NCBI GenBank assembly: GCA_045863395.1
Contig: BTVJ01000070.1
Location: forward strand, 1 to 37,123
DNA from: Myxococcales bacterium
Lineage (GTDB): Bacteria; Myxococcota_A; UBA9042; JABWCM01; BTVJ01
Direction: 5' to 3'
Length of the DNA stretch: 37,123 bases
Shown here one piece after another: positions 29,301-34,500 of the stretch; position 1 is the first letter of the stretch, and every line of letters starts with the position of its first letter. Position numbers and translations under genes: made by a program. The notes under the pieces were generated by a model. The model searched no databases. It had not been told where the DNA came from and worked only from the letters and a program-made list of their open reading frames with translations.

Positions 29301-31566
29301 CCAACAGACCTGCTGGCACCGTGACCGTGGTCATGACGCCATAGTCGCTGACATTCGGGACGCAGTAGTACTGGCCTCCGGAGCACATGTACTTGCCCGC
29401 GCCGCAGTCACCCAGCATCCCCGTGGAGCAGGTGCCGTACGACGTGCCGTTGGACTTGGCAGTCCACGTCGTCGTCGACGTGGCCGTCGCGCACTGCTGG
29501 CAGTTGTTCGACGGATTGGAAGTGCCGTTCGTGTAGCAGACGTTCCCGATGTCGCAGTAGCCAGCCTGAAGGGCATAGTTGCACCCGCCCGCGCCGTTGC
29601 AGGAGTCCGTCGTGCAGGCCTTCCCGTCGTTGCACGAATAACCCGTCCCGGCGCAGACCCCGGAGGAGTTGCACAGGTCCGAGTAGGTGCAGGCGTTTCC
29701 ATCGGTGCAGGCCACCCCGGTCCGTGGGCTCCAGGCCGTCGTGCTCGTCCCCGTGATGCACGCCTGGCACGAGTTGGACGGATTGACGGCGCCGTTTGCG
29801 TAACACACCCCCGCAATCAGGCAGTTGCCCCCGATCAGCGTGTTGGTGCAGCCGCCGGAGCCATTGCAGGCGTCCGATGTGCAGGTCAGGTTGTCGTTGC
29901 ACGAGTACGGGGTGCCGACGCAGCTCTTGTTGACGCAGGTGTCGGTCTTGGTGCACGCATTTCCGTCGTTGCACGCAATGGAGTTGGCCACGTTGGAGCA
30001 GACTCCACCTGAGCAGGAGTCGTTGGTGCAGACGTTGTTGTCGTTGCAGTTCATGGGGGTGCCGGACCAGCAGCTCCCCCCACTGCAGTAGTCGTTCACC
30101 GTGCAGGCGTTTCCGTCGTTGCACGCCGTCGTCAGGTTCGAGTAGACACACGCGCCGTTCGCCGTGTTGCAGTACTCGCTCGTGCAGACGTTGTTGTCGT
30201 TGCAGTTCTTGGGGTTCGTCCCGTAACACCAGCCGCCCGAGCAGTAGTCGGTCAGCGTACAGGCGTTTCCATCGGTGCACGCCGCGGAGTTGGCGCTGTA
30301 CTGGCACCCGATCCCCGAGTGACACCAGTCATCGGTGCAGACGTTCCCGTCATTGCACGTGATCCCCTGATAAACGCACTGATTGCCCCAGCAATAGTTG
30401 TTCGTGCAGGCATTGTAATCGTCGCACTGCCAGTCGTAGTAGCACTGCACATAGCAGTAGCCGCACTGCTGGCAGGCGTCGTAGCAGCAGTCTCCGTAGC
30501 TCACGCAGGCAGAGTCGCAGTAGCAGCCGGCGTAGGAGTTGTACCCGCCACACTTGCCCGCGCATGAGCTGGGGTCCCCCCCACCGCAGTGTCCACACCA
30601 GTAACACGAGTCGTAGCAGCAATCACCGGCGATGACACAGTAAGAGTCGCACCAGCAGCCATAGGGGGAGTAGGTGCCGCAATAGCCGTAGCAGGAGTCG
30701 ACGGGCTCGCAGGTGTTGCGGTGATCGCACTCTCCCATGACGCAGGCATCGACGGTGCAGTCGTCGTGATCGTCGCAGTCTGCCTTCACGGAGCACGCCT
30801 CGACTACCTCGAAGGTGGGGTCCAGGTAGACGGGCGCCACCCTCTCGACCCCCGTGACCCACGAACCGTCGAACCGGGTCTCCACCTCCAGCTCGGTTCC
30901 GTTCCACTTCACCCGATAAGTACCCGGGCTCAGGGACGGCCCCCCTTCGGTTTGCGAGTCCCACGCGACAGGCTCGCGGAGCCGGAAGCGCACGATCCCG
31001 TCCTCATCCAAGAACTCCACGAGCCGCCCCTCGACCCAGTCGGCGGTCACCTCCACCCCATCGGCCACCACCCGGGTGATGCCCGTCAGGGCCAGGCGCT
31101 CCTCCAAAACCACGGACTCCGCGCCCCAGAGATCGCCGTCGTCCAGCAGATCGAGCCGGACGAGCTGCTTCAGGGCCGCCGCCTCCACCTCATAGGAGAG
31201 CTGGTACCGAACCGGGTCCGGCTGAGCGTAGTCGAGGGTCCGTCCCCCGCTGACGCGCTGCGCGTGGCTGAGGCGCACCGGCTCCCTCATGGCGCCATCG
31301 AAGCGAAGAACGGGCTCATCCACCTGCAGGACGCCGTGGCCCCCCGCCGTCGCCAGGGCTGGCGCTCCAGCCTCTTCCGGCGCCGGGATGACCACGACGA
31401 AGTGATCGAGGTTCACCTCCCAGCGCTCGGCAGCCGAGCGGACCGGTCCTGTGGCCTCTGCCTCCGACGCAGACTGCGCCCTGGCCGTGGCTGCCCAGAA
31501 GGCGGCGAGGCTCAGCGCGGCAATCACCGAACGTCGCGCCCGCTTGGCGCTGGCCAGAGAAAGCAT
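11332..31566 (-). CDS. Giant secreted multidomain Cys-rich adhesin/matrix protein, ~6744 aa (6752 from the GTG at 31590)
   Basis: Uninterrupted 20.2-kb ORF with coherent domains throughout. ATG 31566 has GGAG 6 nt upstream. Signal peptide ..RARRSVIAALSLAAFWAATARA|Q; no lipobox and no C-terminal TM or sorting motif. Confidence 0.93.
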   Translation of the reverse strand: MLSLASAKRARRSVIAALSLAAFWAATARAQSASEAEATGPVRSAAERWEVNLDHFVVVIPAPEEAGAPALATAGGHGVLQVDEPVLRFDGAMREPVRLSHAQRVSGGRTLDYAQPDPVRYQLSYEVEAAALKQLVRLDLLDDGDLWGAESVVLEERLALTGITRVVADGVEVTADWVEGRLVEFLDEDGIVRFRLREPVAWDSQTEGGPSLSPGTYRVKWNGTELEVETRFDGSWVTGVERVAPVYLDPTFEVVEACSVKADCDDHDDCTVDACVMGECDHRNTCEPVDSCYGYCGTYSPYGCWCDSYCVIAGDCCYDSCYWCGHCGGGDPSSCAGKCGGYNSYAGCYCDSACVSYGDCCYDACQQCGYCYVQCYYDWQCDDYNACTNNYCWGNQCVYQGITCNDGNVCTDDWCHSGIGCQYSANSAACTDGNACTLTDYCSGGWCYGTNPKNCNDNNVCTSEYCNTANGACVYSNLTTACNDGNACTVNDYCSGGSCWSGTPMNCNDNNVCTNDSCSGGVCSNVANSIACNDGNACTKTDTCVNKSCVGTPYSCNDNLTCTSDACNGSGGCTNTLIGGNCLIAGVCYANGAVNPSNSCQACITGTSTTAWSPRTGVACTDGNACTYSDLCNSSGVCAGTGYSCNDGKACTTDSCNGAGGCNYALQAGYCDIGNVCYTNGTSNPSNNCQQCATATSTTTWTAKSNGTSYGTCSTGMLGDCGAGKYMCSGGQYYCVPNVSDYGVMTTVTVPAGLLERSTGNVVGGHQLITSDGRYLYNLAYGRGAAYNGYRYRQFDPRNGFAQVAQRDSGTVSFYADGAVVDAPYSGGRHTGTGYLYPIEWTGGIGRIDRIVVSNGTLVANVGQVPQGSPVSMINGQWDWVLDKVFMGSLYASNVARWAHGATWAPTAPSATTSNWEASATNGSIAGAGVVASDGTYLYVKRWATYPGDDILRRVGTGSGGTTFGAFYGHASNGSTTNSLSMTYMPDGYVYNPRSGDPYTLERVRVTASKWEICDGKDNDCDGFTDEDFPTKGQACDGSDADLCAYGTFTCKADGTGVECVNESPANVPEICDLVDNDCDGLTDEGFNLGAACDGPDPDLCSDDGVIVCNLANGSTKCEDRGPTTYFPFDEGNGTLTRDFSGNGKNGTLVGNTAWTTTAKYGGQALYFDGASDYVEFSSGGIDTRRGSLAMWVRPDFNGGDATAYGMFQTNSGVNNAGWISMFKWTGNIFYFRISATGDCCVNDVTFAPSGYLVSGTWVHLAATWDQTSNAIRVYANGTLVASKTSGINWNIPVTAALSRVGVGHDAWMRGRIDDVGIYSYALTQAEIQTLMNSSVEAKYKDLEICDGVDNNCTGGIDEGFDKGTACSAGVGQCAVAGTKVCLAPGFTTVCSVTDGKVSGTACDDGGLCTYPDRCTGGPSSSCVGTPYTCNDGLTCTADTCNGNGTCTFTVTTGCAISGVCYAEGAVNPSNQCQACVSATSKTAWTNKTNGTLCNADNNGCTTNDSCQSGTCTAGAAQACADAYSCTNNVCTSTGTNTYSCSNPFIAGQCLYGGACAVQGTTLCDSTEDVDLCTDDGVVMCSGGTGSCANQGPITYFPFDEGNGTIAYDFAGNGNNGTLTGSVARTTTAKFGGQALTFDGGVGYTQFPSTGIKPTSGTVSVWLRPGFAGTNGTAYGVFQTQNGVNNPGWISLFKWTSNIFYFRIVPNAGCCGNDLTFAPGAYLVSGTWVHLAATWDQAGDFMRVYMNGSLVASRSGVNWAIAAPNAVSRFGQGHDAYWLGQMDDAAVYGYALTQAEIQSVMNSSVDAKFKDFEACDNVDNDCDGVTDEGWDKGVACTVGTGACANTGVKVCNANGIGTTCSVTFKPNGTACDDGNACTNDSCQGGVCTGVAKAAGTVCRASAGGCDPAETCNGTTAQCPADAKSAAGTVCRASAGACDVAETCNGTAVACPADTFLANTVVCRAAVAGGCDVEEKCTGTSAACPADVVQANGTVCRASAGACDVAETCNGVANTCPTNAFASSATVCRNSGGVCDPEEKCTGSAAACPADLKSASGTVCRPSAGPCDVAETCNGTANTCPTDAFQANTLVCRPSGGVCDPEEKCTGSAAACPVDAKSANGTVCRASAGVCDVAETCNGTANTCPTDAFVANTVTCRPSGGVCDIEEKCSGTTAACPADAKVANGSVCRASAGVCDVAETCNGTAVTCPADAFVANTTVCRPSGGVCDIEEKCTGTTAACPADAKVANGSVCRASAGVCDVAETCNGTAVTCPADAFLANTTVCRPSGGVCDIEEKCTGSAAACPVDAKVASGSVCRASAGVCDVAETCNGTAVTCPADAFLANSTVCRPSGGVCDIEEKCTGSTAACPADAKVASGSVCRASAGVCDVAETCNGTAVTCPTDVFVANTTVCRPAVAGGCDVEEKCTGSAALCPTDVVRPSGTVCRASAGVCDLVETCNGSANTCPVDAYAPTSTVCRPAATQCDVAENCSGSGVSCPADALKANGTSCDADGSGCTVNDTCQTGSCTAGAAPNCADAYTCTTDACVSTGASSYSCSHTVNNGTCLIGTSCYNDNATNGANQCQRCWSATSKTAWSDKPNGTACNDGSACTSPDTCTAGTCGGPADPQIGQACDGPDADACTDGIKVCSGTSVVCADDGASVYLKLDEGTGTTAADWAGNANNGTRVNGSAWGEGVYGKAATLDGVDDYIQIPYAASLAPIDSVSVSMWIKPNAGTDCNTTAGVNNWRWLLGQGATATTFNLIYEENQSVTWTVNLQSGGTQRLFSGTNSVPESVWSHMVFTYSGATGKLRTYRNGVLLLESTVPTGVLTTSTNPVRIGNWSNTVACPTGSGSFGGQIDEVAIYNRELSAADAVTLFTGLVPGQLANSERCNGIDDDCDGLTDEGYSNIGVACDTTADADLCSDMVRACTVDELSVVCPDGPLGAWTFPENGGALAKDSGGGGFDLSLMNGTAWAAGKQGTALSFDGVDDYAWHPGWAKFAGFSQQSISVWIRPTASTGDQHIISSSGHNDGNGCCWRWRMWRSADRLIRFALWDGDNSDIVSSVVAPDNAWTHVVVTFKVGGVDRIYVNGVPSGTVNTITSNSAFGYLHLGAYYWNGTAQGLFKGQIDEVSVFTQELTRDQVAALYSKGRVPPEQINFEYCDGLDNDCKNGADDGHVFGPCDGPDSDLCLNGQLGCTTNLLTTVCGAESPTNIVELCNGADDDCDGLTDELWPTLGQTCDGPDSDQCKNGLVVCATTTTVTCGTESPANITEKCNNIDDDCDGQTDEDFPLKGQTCDGSDSDQCKNGTYTCTTNGAGVECVNESVTNITEKCNGIDDDCDGSTDEDFATLGQSCDGPDSDQCKNGVLVCNGAQTGVTCGPESPANIVEICNGLDDDCDAQTDEGFNLGASCDSADPDSCSEGVIVCKPDASGAMCAGEPVVYLKLDEGTGATAFDSSSYGNHAAFNGATWAAGQSGGAAQFAGAQWLEIANGTSNKVTGPGITMMAWVYWSGVTGSNIIVNKESTYEAGVNNGTFQCAVATSGGSWFWSGTAAVPANTWTHVACTHGPDNQIRTYVGGVLKTTQANTGNGTIVTNNNVVQVGRRVAGSFFNGRLDEVAIFDHALTGARIAQIFSSGLPASKNYEYCDGVDNDCNGQTDELFATKGQSCDGSDADLCKNGTFTCATSQIIVECVNESVTNIVDKCNGVDDDCDGSTDEDFPTKGQACDGSDSDQCKNGTFTCTANGATVECVNETVTNIAEVCNGADDDCDGATDEGFDVGAACTMGVGTCEAAATKVCKADGTGTVCQGNGKPAGAACDDSNACTKTDVCSGGPSSSCAGVPYTCNDNLACTTDSCNGDGTCTFAINAGSCSIGGVCYADGAQNPANECQVCAAATTNTAWSNKLNGTACNKDSNGCTFRDSCQAGTCVAGAVPSCSDGISCTSDVCTSTGANTYTCSNPPVAGQCVIGAITKVDASAFTGASGSCTATTGSAPLGLTCTGGGCTSGCSTASRFDYAMTTVAGRNYDVVAKVADYLHNCTNKIKVGLYKDGVLVSMWDGAGTNDWSYPKWSFTATAASTTVSIKLENDACCSCSSVCSPTCVPLAGDINLYVDTLTLVDTSVGPCWANNVVNPANQCQTCSTASSQTAWTNKTNGTACDADGSGCTVGDSCQSGSCAAGPAPDCGDGFGCTTDVCNTTGATTYSCSSTIDAGKCLIAGVCYANGDTDPGNQCKQCTAATSQVAFSNKSNGSACNDGSACTAPDTCTAGVCAGPDIPSIGQACDGADADLCTEGVVLCKLDKSGTVCSDGAGLVFRFEEGSGTSAIDTSGNGRNGSIQGTGNGTTSYGPGKNGAFGINFAFSPSFPGGTTVTRVRVPPAGLTSWKMTFAAWVYPDVDGSRYIVSRTSTNGNTGLEISAYGAIDFAGGLISGGSSTHVMRLPLNTWSHLAVTYDGVTFRAYRDGVERLNKPVTVNEATTTWNSDIWLGQDQDSPNGGLSASQAFSGTLDDVVWYERPLSASEIVALMNTGVPAADINHELCDGLDNDCDTLTDEGWSALGNACDGDDGDLCSDGSLICAPSGLATTCRNDGPVGAWTFSEQTGTTAHDASGSGNHAALSGALWTTLGGRTAVDLDGVDDAVTAPHSASLAIAGPASLEAWVWIDALPPAGWGFAGIVAKGDLPRNYSLYLTSAGFLHFSTSGINPGGATPHCGSASTAKPPLGQWVHLAAVNRGPLTQTHEYYINGVAAGVSPLGGECVFPMPTSTAPVTIGRTGEPNRWLDGKVDLVAIYDRALSAAEIAARASSGIPALQLNEDLCDGADNDCDGLTDEAFADLAQSCDGPDSDQCKNGVMICTTSQWATVCGPETPANIAEKCNALDDDCDGQTDEDFPLKGQSCDGADTDLCKNGTYTCTVAGTGVECVNETLTNITEKCNGLDDDCDGLTDENWPTKGQACDGADTDQCKNGTFTCKADGSNLECVNETVSNIVEACNGADDDCDGLTDETWAELGDPCDGSDADQCKNGSFTCKSNGSGTECVNESVTNIAETCNGQDDDCDGSVDEDFPTKGQACDGGDDDQCKDGLFTCKANGTGVECVTDGPVAFYRFEEGSGATAASASGSVGVAALTAATWTTAGPTGYGKAIVLNGTTAYGAVPHHATLDATTDLTLAAWVKWGGNGHTYQHIVDKGNGTAWTMFVVGATGELFIKLNNSQWKVGTVPQGAWAHVAATFKSTSGTTGTVVGYLDGVQKISVTAPFGALGTTTQPMHIGSAGAGINVWKGNLDEVAVYRKVLTPVKIAALFGQGEACNGVDDDCDGQTDETFANKGAACDGADTDQCKNGTFTCAPSLVVLECVNETVTNIAETCNGVDDDCDGLTDEDFAWSGIVVGSACDGTGECGAGVVQCKTTTSATCSTNPDGTASQAVAEKCNGKDDDCDGLTDEDFTYTQQNGTVRAKGQSCDGVGECGIGVVECASLAAATCSTDPNGSASQAVSEICDGKDNDCDAATDEGFVYTQENGQQKALGQACDGIGECGMGTVHCNPGKTAATCSTNPDGTNDQSQIELCDGLDNSCNGMTDEGFVYQGQPIGGPCDGVGACGVGTVECFNASNARCSTEPGGSQSQSVPETCNGADDDCDGETDEASPGVPLTQACYTGPNGTIDVGLCKGGTATCSGGTYGACVGQVLPKPSDTICDGKDEDCDGQKDEDYAPVACGTGVCANTSACVSGAVVACAPKPQTGDDTDCDGLDDDCDGQTDEAFIPTTYGLGVCACQSTCVSGSEIACTPSSPPLAQDTTCNGQDDDCDGQTDESFTDGIACTVDVCVAGEGTSTPNHAACNDSEACTDDACSIAAGGCVHTPDDSNAPNPAADDGNPCTDLVCQGGTSKNVIDDSNVPDDGKSCTADTCSGGVASHAIIDGNCFIDGDCWAPGDVNPSSGCEVCAPLTSPAAWTNGVFSESFSAGTLGKMTSTKLSGSLLGWQADTKRSVSPAHSAYFGDPINHNYDKGRVRARLESPALALAGGVMHRLRFHIWMETEMFAGSTDYDALVVRVRSVDGSVDQEVWNSTEALIGSTGGVWRKIDVNLDPATFGGQSVTLRFEFDSGDGAYNQFEGVYLDDITVGTACCFTSGDCEDGDTCTEDFCAAGSCDFTYLCDPSCVPASNNVVLVLDRSASMNTADGAMTRWEWATDAVDLTAAVYAPVMNVGLKVFPTSGACSSSAGLDVPFHATQAQISTFLAGATPTSGSNPMAQALAAAGAQLQTLAYSNAHSTIVLITDGGAGCTESPSRVAVIEQLAAAGVNTIVVGYGYGSGDVATLNAMAIAGGLPKPRTSPSDTWFYAATSPSALVGILDTALSVVSGERCDGSDDDCDGDVDEQVAARACNPDCGIGGKQQCASGGWGVCSVVPEPEVCDGQDNDCDGLVDEDWYPDTNGNALGGLCSKGVGECLAWGNWVCNGASPAGPAVCSAATIAPKAETCNNKDDNCNGVVDDGLVKTCSTACGTGTETCAAGLWVNCTAPPVLPEVCNNIDDDCDGVTDEGPTGTPLQKACATACGTGVESCLAGQWKNCTAQQPYAELCNNADDDCDGQTDEGLDGFALTEPCYSGGSGSSGIGNCHGGTRTCSGAVWGPCMDEQVPVPEICDGEDNDCDGVADEGPDGGALTKECNEGPGQGICQTGISICELAAWTECIGSVQPQPEQCDGLDNDCDGQTDENAGTTFCQGQPGCYNGNCKCGKDFFGNYKCYLD
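12508..13089 (-). other. von Willebrand factor A domain
   Basis: VVLVLDRSASM (DxSxS), IVLITDG, GVNTIVVGY, LNAMA..GG. Confidence 0.88.
13213..13713 (-). other. MAM-like / cleaved-adhesin-type jelly-roll domain
   Basis: FSESF...W...LESP..L....L.F..W..TE....YD.L.V...W....V.L....GQ.V.LRF.F.S.......G.YLDDITV. Confidence 0.65.
19207..19659 (-). other. Carbohydrate-binding-module-like jelly-roll
   Basis: G.NY.V...V...WSFTAT...TTVSIKLEND...GDINLYVDTL resembles the F.ND....DRNLYVD motif of Ca-dependent CBMs. Confidence 0.5.
24055..25884 (-). repeat. 19 tandem 32-33-aa disintegrin-like repeats
   Basis: Unit VCR.S.G.CD..E.C.G....CP.D matches the C-terminal half of disintegrin domains (CR.....CD..E.C.G.S..CP); 96-bp period. 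Confidence 0.85.
28545..29346 (-). other. Cys-free beta-rich, probable beta-propeller domain (~265 aa)
   Basis: Recurring blade-like motifs SDGRYLY, GTGYLY, DKVFM, SDGTYLYV, PDGYVY. Confidence 0.55.
30463..30699 (-). other. Two somatomedin-B-like domains
   Basis: SCYGYCG..CWCDSYCVIAGDCCYD..C and SCAGKCG..CYCDSACVSYGDCCYD..C fit SC.G.C...C.CD..C....DCC.D...C. Confidence 0.8.
30811..31430 (-). other. Cys-free N-terminal domain ending in a PVYLDPT motif
   Basis: LKQLVRL...FRLREPVAWDS...DGSWV....R.APVYLDPTF resembles the 'W....R.YPV.IDP' N-terminal module of large exported WapA/RHS/DNRLRE-type proteins (recalled, not searched). Confidence 0.5.
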
Positions 31567-31597
31567 GTCACGCTCCGTGTTCATCTGCACGTCACCG

Positions 31598-34500
31598 TCA
31601 TGGGCAGAGGTCCTGGACGATCACACACGTCCCGGACCCGCCGCAGGTCGCCAGAACACAGGGGTCCAACCCCTCGCAGTCCACGTCGGTCCCACAGGGG
31701 ACGCAGCCGGACACGAGGGCGTAATCGCAATATCCAATTTCGACACAGGCCTGAGCGGTACACCCGTCGCCATCGTCGCAGTCGGCGGCAGTGGCGCAGG
31801 GGATCCCGCTGCATGCGGGATCGATGACGACGTGCTCACAGAGCCCCAAGGGCGAGCACTTGTCCCACGTACACGCGTCCGTGTCGTGGCAGTCGGAGGC
31901 CTTCGTGCACTTCTGGGCGACACAGCCGCTGATGGGCGAGGCGCTGCACGTGCCGTTCAGGCAAGCATCCGCAGTGCAGGGGTTCCCGTCGGAGCAGTCG
32001 CTGGCCTGCTCGCATGGCCCGGGACACCCGACGATGGGTATGTTGAGGCAGACGCTGCCCGAGCAGACGTCGGACGTGCAGGGGTCCAGGTCGTCACACA
32101 CGGCCGCCCCTGAGCAGATCTTCCCGCTGCAATGGAGTCGGTCCCCATGGGCGCACACGGTCGCCCCGGCGCAGTCGTCCACCGTGCAGGGGTCCCCGTC
32201 GTTGCAGTCCCCCTTCGTGGCGCATGGGCCGGCGCCGCAGCCGGGGACGGCGGCCCAAGAGCACAGCCCTGCCGCACAGGTCGCAGACCAGCAGCCGCCG
32301 AGCGAAGAACAGTCGGTCGCCGTGACACACGCCGCGCACCCATTCACCGGCTCGTGCACGCACCCGCCGGAGACGCAAGAGTCCGCCGTGCAGGGGTCCG
32401 CGTCATAGCAGTCCTGGGGGTAGACGCAAGGGGCCGTGGAGCACCCGGACACGGGCACCTCGACGCAGATGCCCGCGGCCGAGCACTTCTGTACGACGCA
32501 GGGCTTCCCCGTCTGACAGCCAGCGTCGGATGCGCATGGGGTGCCCATGCAGTAGGGAATCGGAGCGTTCTGGCAGTTGCCATTGACGCAGGAGTCGCTC
32601 GTACACACCTTGCCGTCGTCGCACTCCCCTGCGGTGGAGCAGGGCTTGGTGCCGCAGCCCGGCTCAGGGGAATACTCGCAGATTCCCTGGGCGCCGCACT
32701 TGGGGATCTTGCACTCGCGGGGAGGACAGTCGCTCACCTTGGTGCAGGTCACGCACTCGGGGATGGGCACGTAGGTGCAGGACTGCCCCACGCACGCGTC
32801 GATGGTGCAGAGGTTCGAGTCGTCGCACTGCCACGTCTCCGTGCAAGTGCCGTTACCGCAGCCTGGCCCGCTCAGAGGCGGGTGTACGCAGATCCCCGGC
32901 GGGTAGCAGACGTCCACGGTGCAGGAGTCTCCGTCCCCGCAGTCGCCGTCGCCTGCGCACGGGGCGCCGCCGCAGTAGGGAGGAGCCCAGTGTTGGCAGC
33001 CGCCAAACGTCGTGCAGGTGTCGGTCGTGCATGGGTCAGAGTCGTCGCAATCCTTGTCGGTCGAGCACTCTGCCGAGCAGCCGGCGAGGGGCTGCACGGA
33101 ACACACCCCGAGCACGCAGGTCGGCACCACGCACGGGTCCCCGTAGTCACAGTCGGGAGATGTCACGCACGGCATCCCCGTGCATCCGTCGATTCCAACC
33201 AGCGTGCAGCTCCCGGTCGGCGTACACGTGTTGATGGTGCACGGCTGACCGTCTTCACAGTCCGCGTCCTTCGCACACTCGCCCCCGCAGGGAGTGATGG
33301 GCGTGGACGTACACACGCCGGAAGAGTCACAGGAATCGGCCGTGCATGGCTCGCCGTCGTCACACTGTCCACTGCTCGCGCAGGGCTTGCCGGTACAGCC
33401 GAGGATGGGTGCCGGAACACAGGTGCCACCCAGGCAGAGGTCGACCGTACACGGGTCACCATCCCCACAATCTTTGGGAGTGATGCACGGGGTACCGCAG
33501 CCGGGAATCGGCGTCATGGCGCAGAAACCGTCAGCGCAGGCGTCGGTCGTGCAGGCGTCGGCGTCGTCGCAGAAAGCCTGGGTCTGGCACGGCACGCCAG
33601 GGCACCCCGGAAGGGGCTCGAACGTGCAGTACCCACCGAGGCACACGTCGCTCGTGCACTCCCAGAAGTCGTCGCAGTCGGCAGACACGGCGCAAGGCTG
33701 GAGCCCGCAGCCCGCGATGGGCGCAAATACGCAGTAGCCGCCGACACCACAGGTGTCCGCCGTACAACCATTGAGATCGTCGCAGTCGCCGTGGACCGCA
33801 CAGCCGACCAGGCCGCAGCCAGGGATCGGAGCGTGGCCGCAGGTGCCGCCGCTGCACGAGTCCACCGTACATGGGTCTCCGTCGTCGCACGCGCCCGCGC
33901 CGCCGCAGGTTGTCCCGCAGCCCGCCTTGGGAGTATGGGCGCATGTCCCCCCGAGGCACTGGTCCGTCGTACACGAATCGCCGTCATCACAGTCGGAGGG
34001 CCCACCGCAGCATCCAGGGACGCTCGCGGAGGGTATGCAGGCCCCATTCAAGCACTGGTCACCGGAGGTGCAGGGGTTCCCGTCGTTGCAAGGCCCCTGA
34101 GCTGGCAGATTGTAGCAGCCCGAGGCGGCCTGGCACCCGTCGGTGGTGCAGCCGTTGCCGTCGTCGCACGGTAGAGTCAGCCCCTGGCAGACTCCGGCCT
34201 TGCATGCATCCCCCGCCGTGCACAGGGACCCGTCCTCGCAGAGGGTCCCGTCGGGGCGCGCCACCGTGGTGCACGCCCCGCTGGCGGGCTGGCAGACCGC
34301 CAGCACGCAGGAGCCCTGCGGCGGCGGGCACTTCACGACCGTCGCGGGATTCACCTGGCACGCCCCGGCGACGCAGTGGAGGGTCCCGTTGCACAGGTCG
34401 CCGTCCTCGCCGGGCTTGCAGTCCCCGTCGGTCTGGCACCCGCAGATGTTGGGCCCGGACTCACAGGCGCCGCCCGTGCACAGGTCACCGAAAGTGCATG

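Noticed and set aside
31477..31566. Tat signal (RARRSVI) on the giant protein
   Set aside because: Poor match to S-R-R-x-F-L-K, and a disulfide-rich protein of this size is an unlikely folded Tat substrate; Sec is more plausible.
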